Source of the DNA: Candidatus Bathyarchaeia archaeon
GTDB taxonomy: Archaea > Thermoproteota > Bathyarchaeia > Bathyarchaeales > Bathycorpusculaceae
DNA length: 55,907 nucleotides
Assembly (NCBI GenBank): GCA_050012755.1
Contig: JBEKGO010000011.1
Location: 1 to 55,907 of the forward strand
Direction: 5' to 3'
Below are positions 38,190 through 48,940 of this stretch, piece after piece. Positions within the stretch are counted from its first letter, which is position 1. The number at the start of each line of letters is the position of its first letter. The position numbers and the translations under genes were made by a program. A model generated the notes under the pieces. It was not told the origin of the DNA, did not search any database, and saw only the letters and a list, made by a program, of their open reading frames with translations.

Positions 38190-39068
38190 TTATTTTTTGA
38201 GTTCAGATAATACAAAGTTTACTATTTCTTCGGCTATGTTGACTTTTGCTACGACCTGTAAGCCTTTCCATCCTGGCTGGCTGTTTACGTCAACAATGCG
38301 TGGTCCTTGTGGTCCTTCTAAGATATCAACGCCTGCAACTTTGCATCCTACTGCTTTAGCAGATTTTACAGCTATTTCTTCGAATTCTTTGCTGATTGTC
38401 GTCGGAGCTGGTTTGGCGCCTCGGCTGTAATTTGTTTTCCAGCCTTCTGCCACTCGCCGCATTGCCGCGACTACTCTCTCGCCAATAACAAATGCGCGGA
38501 TGTCCGAGTGCCCGTGCGGTACGAATTCTTGCATGTAGATTACGCCGTGGTGGAAGGTTATGGCTTTAAAAACTGTGTCTGCGATGTCTGCGTCAACTAT
38601 GCGTGTTGCGCCTTGTCCTCTGGAACCAAATATTGGTTTAACTACCACGTCTCCGCCAAGTTCGCTAAAGGCTTTAAGCGCTTCATTCACGCTTTCCGTG
38701 GCTAATGTCCGGGGAACAGGAACACCCACATCTTCAAGGAGCGCCAAAATATCATATTTGTCGACGCAATGCTCAATGGCTGTCGGCGGGTTCACCATGT
38801 AGAAGCCTTGACGTTCAAGTTTGTAGAGCATATCCATTCTGAAAACCAGTTCCTCAAGCGAGCCACGTCCGATTGGGCGAATAATGAGTGCGTCTAAATC
38901 GTCTAGGAGGCTGGTGCTGTTAACTTTGAAGTACGGTTTGTACGCGAGCCTTGCCACCAGTTTCGGGAAAGTGAAGCATTCGTATGGAATACCTCGTTTA
39001 GTTAATGCTTCCCGAACTTGTGTGCTGCTCCAAGCTTCAGGGTTTCGCGTCATTATTCCAAATTTCAA
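38190..39068 (-). CDS. RimK-family ATP-grasp alpha-L-glutamate ligase (MptN/CofF-like)
   Basis: IRPIGRGSLEE, CVDK, VVVKPIFGSRG.G, YMQEFV, DIRAFV, WKTN..RG, GVDI, DVNSQPG. Confidence 0.88.
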   Translation of the reverse strand: MKFGIMTRNPEAWSSTQVREALTKRGIPYECFTFPKLVARLAYKPYFKVNSTSLLDDLDALIIRPIGRGSLEELVFRMDMLYKLERQGFYMVNPPTAIEHCVDKYDILALLEDVGVPVPRTLATESVNEALKAFSELGGDVVVKPIFGSRGQGATRIVDADIADTVFKAITFHHGVIYMQEFVPHGHSDIRAFVIGERVVAAMRRVAEGWKTNYSRGAKPAPTTISKEFEEIAVKSAKAVGCKVAGVDILEGPQGPRIVDVNSQPGWKGLQVVAKVNIAEEIVNFVLSELKK

Positions 39069-39174
39069 TGCAAATCTGTCCTTGCTTAATGTGTATTGAA
39101 GATGCTAAATGGATTGTGCTCTTAAAGTTTCTGGGGAAAATAGAAAAACCAAGCTTTGTTCCCAGTAAAGAAAG

Positions 39175-39669
39175 CTAGTTTCTGAATTTATCCGTAGACA
39201 AAACTATTTTTTCTCTGTTTTTGCCTATCAAGTCGCCGATGAATGCTCCCAAAGCCAAGCAGATTATTAGGCTTGTTACAGCAAAAAAGTCGAGGCCTAT
39301 TGAACCTGCAATTTGCGAGTTAATCCCTGTTCCATTAAAAGAAAGCACGATTACTGCCCAAATGCCAAAGCCGATAATGGATGCTCCAACAAAAATGAAC
39401 GTTGCTTTTTTATTGTAGCTTGAAGGTTTAAAACCGAGAGAGAATGCTAAGCCTATCACAGCAAGAATGCTGCCCAATATCATTACCTCTTTTTCGAAAG
39501 AAATATTCGTTAAAAATCCGTAAGCAAAAGTAAAAACCACCATAATCAAGGTCAAAGCTGTCCAGTAAGTTTTGCTTTTCATTAAGCTTACTGGTTTTGG
39601 TTGATCTTTAAACTTGGTTTTTTTCGACTTTGTCTTTTTAGGCTGAGTTTTTGGATAAGTCTTAGGCAT
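39175..39669 (-). CDS. Membrane protein (4 TM) with basic N-tail
   Basis: Four hydrophobic segments. Confidence 0.75.
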   Translation of the reverse strand: MPKTYPKTQPKKTKSKKTKFKDQPKPVSLMKSKTYWTALTLIMVVFTFAYGFLTNISFEKEVMILGSILAVIGLAFSLGFKPSSYNKKATFIFVGASIIGFGIWAVIVLSFNGTGINSQIAGSIGLDFFAVTSLIICLALGAFIGDLIGKNREKIVLSTDKFRN

Positions 39670-39748
39670 GACTCATCTGACTAATCTTTTCGCTTAATTA
39701 GTTTTTCATAAAATAGCCATAAAGCTCTGGGTCAACTCACGAAACATG

Positions 39749-41713
39749 CTACTTTATTCTTTCTAGCCTCAAAGAGTTCAGCAGTAGCAACATGGTAACT
39801 CCGTCGTCACCCGCAATGACGGTTGCCAACAAACCTGTTACACCGAGTACTCCTAAAGCTCCTAAAATCAGTTTAATGACAAGTGATGCTGCAATGTTTT
39901 GTTTTGCAATATTCATTGTTTTATCGCTTAATTTTATGAGGTACGGGATTTGCGCCAATTCATCCTTCACTAGCACTATATCTGCTGATTCGAGGGCCAC
40001 ATCAACCCCTGCTGCGCCCATGGCTATACCAACATCTGAAGCAGCAAGTGCAGGAGCATCATTCACGCCGTCGCCCACCATTGCCACAAGCCCACCTTTG
40101 CCTTTCATTTCTTCAATACATTTGAGTTTGTCTTCTGGAAACAGCTCTGCATAAACCTCATCAATCTTCAAAATATCTCCTGTCTCCTTAGCAATCTCTG
40201 TTCTATCGCCAGTTAACATAGCGGTTTTTATGCCAGCTTTCTTCAAGTCATTTACAGCTTTGAGCGCATCTTGTCTAACTTGGTCAACAACACAAACTGC
40301 CGCAAACCCTTCCTTACCGACAGAGACACAGATCGAAGTGTGGGTATCAGCTTCATCAATTGCGAAGGCTTCCGAACAATTACAATCGAACTGTTTCATT
40401 AACTCTAGATTTCCAACCGCGACAAAATCACCGTTAACGTTGCCTACTATGCCTTTTCCTGGGACCTCGGTGACATCGGTTATTTTGAACTTGCTTAGGT
40501 CGATGCCTCTTTCTGTGGCCCGTCGAACAATTGCTTGAGCAACAGGATGATTGGAAAACTGGTCAAGCGCAGCTGCATAAGCCAACGCTTCTTCTTCGGT
40601 TCTTTGGGTAAGCCTTACTTCATGAACCGCTGGTCTGCCCATTGTTAACGTGCCAGTTTTATCAAAAACTACTCGCTTTACCTTGGCCAATTTTTCAACG
40701 TAGATTCCGCCCTTAATTATAACACCTCTTCTAGCTGCAATTGTTATTGCTACAAAAACTGTTGCGGGAACCGAAATGATGAAGGCGCTTGGGCAGGAAA
40801 TCACAAGAAGAATTAGCGAACGGTACAGCCATGTATTGAAAGACATGCCAAAGACCAATGATGGCACGGCAGCGGTTAAAACAGCTAATGTGATAATTAT
40901 TGGCACATAAATTTTTGCGAATCGGTTTACAAGTTTTTCCATGGATGCCTTTCGTTTGCCCGATTGAGCCACAAGCACTATTATTCTTGAGACAAGAGTT
41001 TCACTAGCTCGTTTGGTGACAGTTATTTTTAGGGGGCCGCTCATGTTTAATGTGCCCGCATAAACGCAATCATTCAACCTCTTAGTCACAGGGATAGATT
41101 CCCCGGTCACAACGGCTTGATCAACATGTGAGAAACCATCGGCAACGTTGCCATCTAAAGGTATCCTCTCGCCAGGTCGGATGAGCAAAGTCATGTTCGG
41201 CTCAATCTCGTTGACCCTAACAATTTTTTCTGCCCCATCTGCTATGATTCTTGCTTGGTCGGGTATGAACTTAGATAGTTTCTCAACAGTTCGCATTGCT
41301 CTGTCCTCGATGTAGCCCTCAAAATATTCAGCGATGGAATAAAGAAACAAGACTGTTGCCGCTTCAAATCGTGCATTAAGGTAAAGGGCGCCTAAGGCTG
41401 CGGCAGACATTAGAAATTCAACAGAAAATCTTTTTTCAACAAATAGCTCTCGAAGACCCACTACGCCAATGTATATAGAAGCAGCGAGAACTGAAACATA
41501 ATATAAAATTGTAGTCAATGTCGCTGGGACATTTATTATTGGCAAGTTAAAGCCAAGGGGCACTCCTGAGAAAAGGTAGTCAAGCAAACCACCTATCAAA
41601 ACGGTTAAGCCAAGCAAAATTGCAAAGGAAATTATGACGCGTTTACTTTCATGTTCCTCTATTTCTTTCTGCTCTGGCTTTTCTACGCAGAATTTACCTT
41701 CTTCAGAAGTCAT
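39749..41713 (-). CDS. Heavy-metal-translocating P1B-type ATPase (Zn/Cd-type signature)
   Basis: TGES, SCPS, DKTGT, HP, GDGVNDAP; Lys and DDG in the last two TMs. Confidence 0.93.
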   Translation of the reverse strand: MTSEEGKFCVEKPEQKEIEEHESKRVIISFAILLGLTVLIGGLLDYLFSGVPLGFNLPIINVPATLTTILYYVSVLAASIYIGVVGLRELFVEKRFSVEFLMSAAALGALYLNARFEAATVLFLYSIAEYFEGYIEDRAMRTVEKLSKFIPDQARIIADGAEKIVRVNEIEPNMTLLIRPGERIPLDGNVADGFSHVDQAVVTGESIPVTKRLNDCVYAGTLNMSGPLKITVTKRASETLVSRIIVLVAQSGKRKASMEKLVNRFAKIYVPIIITLAVLTAAVPSLVFGMSFNTWLYRSLILLVISCPSAFIISVPATVFVAITIAARRGVIIKGGIYVEKLAKVKRVVFDKTGTLTMGRPAVHEVRLTQRTEEEALAYAAALDQFSNHPVAQAIVRRATERGIDLSKFKITDVTEVPGKGIVGNVNGDFVAVGNLELMKQFDCNCSEAFAIDEADTHTSICVSVGKEGFAAVCVVDQVRQDALKAVNDLKKAGIKTAMLTGDRTEIAKETGDILKIDEVYAELFPEDKLKCIEEMKGKGGLVAMVGDGVNDAPALAASDVGIAMGAAGVDVALESADIVLVKDELAQIPYLIKLSDKTMNIAKQNIAASLVIKLILGALGVLGVTGLLATVIAGDDGVTMLLLLNSLRLERIK

Positions 41714-41791
41714 CGTTTACCTAATAAAGAAAAAGAATTAGCAAATATTAAGCTGTTCAGGTGACTGCGTGATCTTCAACATTTGATTGGA

Positions 41792-42427
41792 TTAGTAAAA
41801 GCAAGGGATGTACTCTCTAACCCTGAAACTAACATCTAACCCATCGGCAAGGGTTTTCGCCTTTGGTACGTCAACTTCTGGCATACGCACCACTGTAACC
41901 TCAACTTCAAGCACTGATTTGGTTTTATTTATAAAATCAATCACCGCCTCAAACGTATCAGCGAAAGTTGGCTTGCAAATCTCATTGTAAGTTTCCTTGT
42001 CCCCAGCGTTCAAGCTAACACTCACTCTGTCAACGCCAGCCGTCTTCAACTCCGTCGCCACATCTCTTCCCATGTTAAGCGCATAACCATGGCCGTTTGT
42101 GTTCACCCTGATTTTCAGCGGTCTGCCATAATGCTGCCTTATCCACCGCGTAACCTCCAACAAAACATCCAACCTCTCTGTCGGCTCGCCGAAACCGCAA
42201 AAAACCACTTCATCCCAACTTCGCATATGCCAAACCTTGCCAAGCTCACATATAATTTGCTCAACGCTTGGCTCCTCAGATAGTTTAAGATTGAAGCCGC
42301 CGACTCCACGCTTAAAATTTCTAAGACAAAAAAAGCAGCAGTTTGAGCACTGATTGGTTATGTTTAGGTAAAGCTTGTTATCTAGCCAGTAGACCGTTTT
42401 TGGTGTTTCATTTTTAGCCAGTTTCAT
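41792..42427 (-). CDS. TatD-associated-family radical SAM protein
   Basis: LYLNITNQCSNCCFFC, VVFCGFGEP, RVNTNG.G, SVSLNA. Confidence 0.88.
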   Translation of the reverse strand: MKLAKNETPKTVYWLDNKLYLNITNQCSNCCFFCLRNFKRGVGGFNLKLSEEPSVEQIICELGKVWHMRSWDEVVFCGFGEPTERLDVLLEVTRWIRQHYGRPLKIRVNTNGHGYALNMGRDVATELKTAGVDRVSVSLNAGDKETYNEICKPTFADTFEAVIDFINKTKSVLEVEVTVVRMPEVDVPKAKTLADGLDVSFRVREYIPCFY

Positions 42428-42711
42428 CCGCCCGTCATCAGGGACATAAGGATAACGCTGTCGCCGTCTTTTAGCGGTGTGTTTACACCTTTAAGTTGAT
42501 CCATTAAGATGCCGTTTACCATCGCCACGAAATTTGGTTTCATTTCCTTCTTGGTTGGGTCATAAACTTCTAGGGTAAGTGGTTTTCCATATTTATCAGC
42601 AATTTTATCCAGCAGATTGGATAATGATGAGTCTGCTTTGAGGTCAAATTCTTCTTGACTTGTTTTTGTAAAGCTCTTGACTAAGCTTATGTAATGTACT
42701 TTTGCTTTCAT
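42424..42711 (-). CDS. MoaD/ThiS/SAMP ubiquitin-like sulfur carrier
   Basis: MVNG..LKDGD.V..C-terminal GG. Confidence 0.92.
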   Translation of the reverse strand: MKAKVHYISLVKSFTKTSQEEFDLKADSSLSNLLDKIADKYGKPLTLEVYDPTKKEMKPNFVAMVNGILMDQLKGVNTPLKDGDSVILMSLMTGG

Positions 42712-42943
42712 TTTTTGACCTCACCGGCGCCTTGGGATATGAAATTGATTGAAGCATCTCATATCTTTTGTCCAGCTCAAGTAGGAATTTAACAGGTGAT
42801 TTTGTTTAAAAACCGTTATTATTTTCTGTGCATCACGGTCAGGGAAAAGTTTTATCTAAGCCATGAATTTCCAAAATGGAAACCCATTAAGTTAATATAC
42901 TTTTTAACTGCCTAATAGACTGAAATAATCGGAGGAACAAGGT

Positions 42944-44800
42944 TTGTTCGGTTACGCAGGTAGAGTTTTACGAGTTGACTTAACTACAGGCAAAGTTACT
43001 TTTGAAAAATTAGACACGGAAACCGCCAAAAAATATGTAGGTGGCATAGGCTTAGGCATGAAACTTTGGCTAGACAATTCAAAAGCGGGCGTTGACGCAT
43101 TCAGCCCTGAGAACCCACTGGTTTTAGCCGTTGGGCCTGTTTCAGCAACTATGTTTCCTACAGGCGGAAATGGGCACGCCTTCATATCTAAATCACCTGC
43201 AACTCACGGTGTTGGAGAAGCAGTAAGCCACGGTACTTTTGGAGCAGAAATAAAAAGGGCAGGATACGACGCAGTTATCCTTACTGGAAGATCTGAGAAA
43301 CCAGTTTACTTATGGATTGATGATGATTCGGTTCAGCTGCTTGACGCCGAAAAGGTCTGGGGCAAATCACCTTCTGAAACTGAAGACTCAATTAAAGATG
43401 AAGTTGGCGATTACTATGTTCGGGTTGCATCAATTGGTTTAGCCGGTGAAAAACTGTCAAAAATTGCCAGCATACTAAACGAGAAAACTCGTGCTGCCGG
43501 ACGAACAGGTTTAGGCGCTGTGATGGGCTCAAAGAACCTTAAAGCAATCGCTGTCAGAGGAACCCGTGACATTGTTGTTGCTAAACCAGATGAATTCATA
43601 GAAATGGTCAAGGAATTTCATGAACGCATGAAAGGACCAGCAGCCCAAAAATACCGAACTTTGGGGACAGCAGAAAACATTATGATTCAAAATGCTTTGT
43701 ATTGCTTGCCAACCCGAAATTATAATAACGCTCATTTTGAGAATGCTGAAAAAGTTAGCGGAGAAGAATTAAACGAAAGGTACATAGCAAAAATAATTGC
43801 TTGCAACTCATGCGCCATGCGATGCGAGCATGAAGCAGTTGTCAGGGATGGACCCTACAAAGGGACAATGGCAAGAATGGAATATGACAACATTTGGGCG
43901 CTCGGACCAAACTGCGGCGTAGACAAACTTGATGCCATAATAAAAGCAGCTGAACTCTGCAACTACTACGGCTTAGACGCAACAAGTGCAGGTGTCACCG
44001 TAAGTTTTGTAATGGATTGCCATGAAAAGGGGATTCTCTCTCATGAGGAGCTCGGCGGAATTGACGCCCACTTTGGAAATGCAGAAGCCCTCATTCAACT
44101 CCTAGAGAAGATAGGTAAACGGGAAGGAATCGGCGACATGCTGGCTGACGGTGTAAAGGTGGCGGCAGAAAAAATCGGGAAGGACTCAGACAAGCTTGCC
44201 CAAAATATTAAGGGCTTGGAAGTCACAGGCTACGATTTGCGGTGTCTCAAAACAGCAGCTTTAGGTTTTGCAGTTTCTTTCCGGGGCGCAGACCATAACC
44301 GAAGCGGCGCTTATGCGTTAGACCTAACTGGCAAAGTTGACAGATTCAAAGCTGAGAAAGGACGCGGCAAACTTGTTAAGGAGTCCGAAGATGTTTACGC
44401 GCTACTTGATTCACTTATCATTTGCAAGAACGCCAAAGGCACATTATACAAGGAATTAGCTGACATGGCAAAACTGTACACGTTGGTAACTGGAACCGAA
44501 ATGACGCCCCAGGAACTCGCTATTGCAGGCGAACGAATAAACAATCTTGCGCGTTTAATCAACATCCGCGAAGGCTTAAGCCGCAAAGACGACACGTTGC
44601 CTTGGAAAGTTATGAATCAACCCATCACTGATGACGGACCAGCAAAAGGCGCAGTAGTAACTCAGGATGAACTTGACCTGTTACTTGACGATTATTACCA
44701 AGCACGCGGTTGGACTGCAGATGGTGTACCAACAAAAGCTTTACTCAGCAAGCTTGGCTTGGACGATTTATCAAATATCGTTGAAGGAAAAGAGGATTAA
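42944..44800 (+). CDS. aor: Aldehyde:ferredoxin oxidoreductase family (tungstopterin)
   Basis: GYAGRVLRVDL, KSPAT, AAGRTGLGAVMGSKNLKAI, CxxCxxxC, EYD, RGADH, DSLIIC. Confidence 0.93.
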   Translation: MFGYAGRVLRVDLTTGKVTFEKLDTETAKKYVGGIGLGMKLWLDNSKAGVDAFSPENPLVLAVGPVSATMFPTGGNGHAFISKSPATHGVGEAVSHGTFGAEIKRAGYDAVILTGRSEKPVYLWIDDDSVQLLDAEKVWGKSPSETEDSIKDEVGDYYVRVASIGLAGEKLSKIASILNEKTRAAGRTGLGAVMGSKNLKAIAVRGTRDIVVAKPDEFIEMVKEFHERMKGPAAQKYRTLGTAENIMIQNALYCLPTRNYNNAHFENAEKVSGEELNERYIAKIIACNSCAMRCEHEAVVRDGPYKGTMARMEYDNIWALGPNCGVDKLDAIIKAAELCNYYGLDATSAGVTVSFVMDCHEKGILSHEELGGIDAHFGNAEALIQLLEKIGKREGIGDMLADGVKVAAEKIGKDSDKLAQNIKGLEVTGYDLRCLKTAALGFAVSFRGADHNRSGAYALDLTGKVDRFKAEKGRGKLVKESEDVYALLDSLIICKNAKGTLYKELADMAKLYTLVTGTEMTPQELAIAGERINNLARLINIREGLSRKDDTLPWKVMNQPITDDGPAKGAVVTQDELDLLLDDYYQARGWTADGVPTKALLSKLGLDDLSNIVEGKED

Positions 44801-44801
44801 A

Positions 44802-45305
44802 ATGGTAAACGAACACGAAAGAAAATTCGTCTCTGTTGACCCCGAAAAATGCGTAGGATGCCAAGTCTGCGAATACGCTTGCTCATTTACAAAAGAGAAA
44901 GCCTTCAACCCACTCAAATCACGCATCCGCGTAGTTCGCGTTAATCAAGTAGCTAACATGGCAGTTACATGCAGACTCTGCGAAAACCCAGCATGCATAG
45001 CAGCTTGCCCAAAAGAGGCACTCACACAATCAAAAGACACAGGCAACATTGAATTGGACAAGGACAAATGCAACGGTTGCGGCTGGTGCATCGAAGCCTG
45101 CGACTACGGAGCCATAATGCTGCATCCGGAAACCAAAGTGGTCTACGTCTGCGACCTATGCAAAGACAAAGCAGACGGACCACAATGCGTTAAATGGTGC
45201 CCCGAAGAAGCATTAACACTAGTCACAAGCGATGTACTGGCGCAGAAAGCAAGAATTAACGCAATCAAAAAGCTGTTCCAAGAACCAAAAGAAAGCATGA
45301 AGTAA
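44802..45305 (+). CDS. 4Fe-4S polyferredoxin subunit (DmsB/HydN-like)
   Basis: Four Cys clusters (CVGCQVCEYAC, CRLCENPAC..CP, CNGCGWCIEAC, CDLC..C..CP); start ATG 44802 after SD GAGGA. Confidence 0.92.
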   Translation: MVNEHERKFVSVDPEKCVGCQVCEYACSFTKEKAFNPLKSRIRVVRVNQVANMAVTCRLCENPACIAACPKEALTQSKDTGNIELDKDKCNGCGWCIEACDYGAIMLHPETKVVYVCDLCKDKADGPQCVKWCPEEALTLVTSDVLAQKARINAIKKLFQEPKESMK

Positions 45306-45333
45306 AAAGGGGCAATAGTCCTCTAATTTCTAT

Positions 45334-45522
45334 TTATTTTCTCAATTGCCATTTTACTATTTGTTTGTGTGTTTCTTGGCAGTAAGCTTCATATTTTTCT
45401 TTGTTTTCATATTTCATGTTATCTTTCCGACATTTCCATTTCCTTACGCATATCCCTTCTGGCTCACGATTCAACAGTTTATGCTTGAAGAGATCCGATT
45501 TTGCAAAAGCTATTAATAACAA
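45334..45522 (-). CDS. Possible small zinc-finger-like protein (start uncertain)
   Basis: WKCRKDNMKYENKEKYEAYCQETH loosely resembles a C2H2-type finger. Confidence 0.3.
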   Translation of the reverse strand: MLLIAFAKSDLFKHKLLNREPEGICVRKWKCRKDNMKYENKEKYEAYCQETHKQIVKWQLRK

Positions 45523-45569
45523 AAAGTTAACGTTTAAAAAACATAACTAACCTTTAATGGTGCCAGTGT

Positions 45570-46370
45570 TTGCTTGCCCAAATAATAATAACAATAATTC
45601 TTGGTTTAATCCAAGGATTAGCTGAATGGCTGCCTATCTCAAGCACCGCTCATCTGCGGGTAGCCGAGCATTTTCTGGGGTTCTCTGCAACACCGCTCTT
45701 CAACGTGTTCCTGCACATTGGCACACTTGGGGTTGTAATTTTCTATTTCAGGCATGACATCAAAGTCATACTCACCGCGTTGGTTCACAGAGACTTTCAC
45801 AGCGAATATGGCAGATTCATTCCACTAATCATAGTCGCAACAATCCCCACTGGGATAATAGGAATACTCTATGACTTATACATCGGCGACACATACCAAA
45901 CAATCCTAATCATTGGCATAACCTTCCTTTTCGGCGCTGCACTACTGTTTGCATCGAAGTTCGGCAAAGAAAACCAAACCCAAATCTCATATCGCCAAGC
46001 ACTCGTCATGGGTGCAGCGCAAGGCGCCGCCAGCTTTCCAGGGCTTTCAAGAAGCGGCTCAACAATATCAAGCGGGCTATTGCAAGGCGTGAAGCGGGAA
46101 ATGGTTTTCAAATTCTCCTTTTTGCTTTCGATTCCAGCGGTAATAGGTGACTTAGGCGTCGAAGCTTATCATCAGCGTGGCACTTTTTCTCAGGGTGTCG
46201 GCGTTAGCCCAGTAAATCTTTTGATAGGCTTGGTTTTTACGGTGATTGCTGGTTACTTTGCGATAGTGCTTGTGAAAAAACTTGTGCTAACAAAGAGGTT
46301 CCATTATTTTGCTGCCTACACGTTTGCCCTCGGAGTTGCCCTCATAATTTTGACTCTTTTAGGCTTCTAG
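45570..46370 (+). CDS. uppP: Undecaprenyl/polyprenyl-diphosphate phosphatase (BacA family)
   Basis: QGLAEWLPISSTAH, HIGT, PGLSRSGST, FSFLLSIP. Confidence 0.92.
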   Translation: MLAQIIITIILGLIQGLAEWLPISSTAHLRVAEHFLGFSATPLFNVFLHIGTLGVVIFYFRHDIKVILTALVHRDFHSEYGRFIPLIIVATIPTGIIGILYDLYIGDTYQTILIIGITFLFGAALLFASKFGKENQTQISYRQALVMGAAQGAASFPGLSRSGSTISSGLLQGVKREMVFKFSFLLSIPAVIGDLGVEAYHQRGTFSQGVGVSPVNLLIGLVFTVIAGYFAIVLVKKLVLTKRFHYFAAYTFALGVALIILTLLGF

Positions 46371-46506
46371 AAAAAACCATTCGAATTGGATTTTTAACTT
46401 ATCATTTTCTCCCAACTTATTCTGAACTGCATTTCATAACAATATTAAAAAGGCAATGAAGCCTTAGTCTTAATTATGCTTTGTAGGAACAAAGCAGGAA
46501 ATTCTT

Positions 46507-47946
46507 GTGAAAGAGTCTTTAACTACAAATCAAGGTGCTCCTGTTTCAGACGACCAAAACTCCCTCACTGTTAGCAATAACGGACCAGTTTTGCTTCAGG
46601 ATGTCCATTTGATTGAAAAACTCGCCCACTTCAATCGTGAAAGAATACCTGAACGGATAGTGCATGCCAAAGGAGCTGGTGCAGGCGGCTATTTTGAAGT
46701 AACCAAAGAATTAACGAAGTACACAAAAGCGAAATTCTTATCTGAAATTGGAAAGCGCACGGAGGTTTTCGTTAGATTTTCCACGGTTGGCGGCGAAAAA
46801 GGCTCAGCGGATGCGGAACGTGATCCAAGAGGATTTGCAGTAAAATTCTACACTGAAGATGGCAACTATGATCTTGTTGGAAACAACACGCCAGTGTTCT
46901 TTATTCGTGACCCGTTGAAGTTTCCAGATTTTATTCATACACAGAAACGTAATCCTGGAACTAACCTTAAAGACGCAAACATGTTTTGGGACTTCTTGTC
47001 GTTGACTCCCGAGTCGCTTCATCAAGTGACAATTTTGTTCTCTGACAGAGGAACCCCTCGCTCCTATCGCCACATGAACGGCTATGGAAGCCACACATTC
47101 AAATGGTACAACGCTGACGGCGAAGTCTTCTGGGTTAAATACCACTTCAAAACCGACCAAGGCATCAAAAATCTTACTCGAGAAGAAGCCGAACACATGA
47201 AAGGAACCGATCCAGACCACGCCACACGCGACCTCCACGAAGCTATTAAAAGAGGCGAATACCCTTCATGGACGCTACAAATGCAAATCATGTCTGCTAA
47301 AGACGCTGAAACCTACCGCTTCGACGTATTTGACGTAACAAAAGTTTGGCCTCATGGAGATTACCCGCCAATTGATGTTGGCAAGATGGTGCTAAACCGA
47401 AATCCCTCAAACTATTTCGCTGAAGTTGAGCAGGCAGCTTTCAGCCCAGCCAATTTTGTGCCAGGCATAGGAGCTTCGCCTGACAAAATGCTTCAAGGAC
47501 GCCTCTTTGCTTATCACGACGCGCATAGATATCGTTTGGGACCGAACTACTTGTTGTTGCCAGTTAACCGGCCTAAAGGGGTTAAAGCGAAAAACTATCA
47601 GCGTGATGGATACATGCGTTTTGACGGAAACGAAGGAGATGCACCAAACTATTTCCCTAACAGCTTTGGCGGTCCAGAACCTGACGTTGAAGTTTCGGAG
47701 CCAGCCTTCGAAGTTGCAGGCAAAGCCGCTCGCCAACGATATACGCACCCTAACGATGATTTTGTACAGCCGGGAAATCTATATCGTCTCATGACCGAGG
47801 TGGACCGTGATCATCTCATCGGCAACATAGTATCTCATCTTGGAAAGGCGAACAAAGAAATCCAGCTTCGAGAGATACAGATTTTCAATAAAGCTGACCC
47901 AGAATATGGACAACGCGTAGCAGAAGGCCTAAGCATAAGACTGTAG
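46507..47946 (+). CDS. katA: Monofunctional small-subunit heme catalase
   Basis: [33 protein letters not shown], proximal [12 protein letters not shown]. Confidence 0.97.
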   Translation: MKESLTTNQGAPVSDDQNSLTVSNNGPVLLQDVHLIEKLAHFNRERIPERIVHAKGAGAGGYFEVTKELTKYTKAKFLSEIGKRTEVFVRFSTVGGEKGSADAERDPRGFAVKFYTEDGNYDLVGNNTPVFFIRDPLKFPDFIHTQKRNPGTNLKDANMFWDFLSLTPESLHQVTILFSDRGTPRSYRHMNGYGSHTFKWYNADGEVFWVKYHFKTDQGIKNLTREEAEHMKGTDPDHATRDLHEAIKRGEYPSWTLQMQIMSAKDAETYRFDVFDVTKVWPHGDYPPIDVGKMVLNRNPSNYFAEVEQAAFSPANFVPGIGASPDKMLQGRLFAYHDAHRYRLGPNYLLLPVNRPKGVKAKNYQRDGYMRFDGNEGDAPNYFPNSFGGPEPDVEVSEPAFEVAGKAARQRYTHPNDDFVQPGNLYRLMTEVDRDHLIGNIVSHLGKANKEIQLREIQIFNKADPEYGQRVAEGLSIRL

Positions 47947-48073
47947 AACCCTACTTAAAACTGAAAATTGGCTCTTGCTTGCTCTTTTCTGAGAGGATTT
48001 TCTTGGGCAGACAGTCATAGCAACAGACATTACGTTTTTTTTAGAGAAATCTGATTTGTGGATGGTGTTTGGC

Positions 48074-48106
48074 GCTAGCTTGAAGCCATAGTTTAGACCG
48101 TCGTTC
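48074..48106. repeat. Dispersed intergenic repeat, degenerate copy A
   Basis: gctagcttgaagccatagtttagaccgtcgttc; 28/33 identical to the aligned part of copy C. Confidence 0.65.
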
Positions 48107-48232
48107 GAACGAAAAGTCCGTCAAACATTTTTACGTAAACCAGTCGGATTTGAACACAAAAGAAGGACGTTTGCTTCATGAAAACGTATTAAGAACCGAG
48201 TATGGTTACTTAGTTTAAGGTTTGACGAGACC

Positions 48233-48718
48233 ATGAATGATGTCACAGATCAAGAAGTTGACGAGATAGCTCAAAAAATCATTGCAGAAGTAGAACATGC
48301 AAAATCGAAAGATCTGGCAGGCTCCAACGAAATGATCAAGATTCTCCACTTGACAAACACACTTAACGCGAAAACATTGCTAGACCACGCCGAAGAAGCT
48401 CCAACAAAAGAGAAGCGAAACATAGGAAAAAAAGCGGTGGTGGAAGCATTGTTAGTTTCAACTTGGCATACGAGATTGTACTTCATTATACGATCATTCA
48501 TCATGGGGCTACTAAGCGCATCGTTAACTCTTATTTTCATCTTGATATTTCACTCAATAACTCTACTTTTGGATATTCCGCTGGGTATCCTTTCATTCAT
48601 ATTTTCGCTGGCTATTTCTAGACTACTTGACGTGCAATTAGTGAAAGCAACAAAAGCCATAACGGATTACCTGAGTAATCACAGCAGCTTGAGAAACTTT
48701 ATTCTCAGCCATTTCTGA
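48233..48718 (+). CDS. Hypothetical membrane protein (2 TM)
   Basis: Soluble N-half, hydrophobic hairpin in the C-half. Confidence 0.75.
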   Translation: MNDVTDQEVDEIAQKIIAEVEHAKSKDLAGSNEMIKILHLTNTLNAKTLLDHAEEAPTKEKRNIGKKAVVEALLVSTWHTRLYFIIRSFIMGLLSASLTLIFILIFHSITLLLDIPLGILSFIFSLAISRLLDVQLVKATKAITDYLSNHSSLRNFILSHF

Positions 48719-48805
48719 CCAGGTTGTCAGTTATCAGGAGATAACGCGGCTCTTTAAGGCGCAAATTAATTTTTAAAAAGCCTGCCTTAGATTATTTACC
48801 TGATT

Positions 48806-48870
48806 TAAGCTCAAAATAGGGCTATTTGATGCTGCGGGCTATCTTGAAGCCGTCGTTTAAACCGTAGTTG
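48806..48870. repeat. Dispersed intergenic repeat, copy B
   Basis: 33-bp core TGCTGCGGGCTATCTTGAAGCCGTCGTTTAAAC (48830-48862) identical to 55059-55091; shared upstream TAAGCTyArAATAGGGCTA. Confidence 0.9.
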
Positions 48871-48940
48871 CGTTTCTCGAGATTTTTAAGATTCGCACTT
48901 TGCTTCTACCATTTCAAAGCATAATCTGACAACAAAACAG

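Noticed and set aside
44667-44801. N-terminal extension of the ferredoxin ORF from 44667
   Set aside because: Overlaps aor by more than 130 bp; SD and ATG at 44802 give a normal protein
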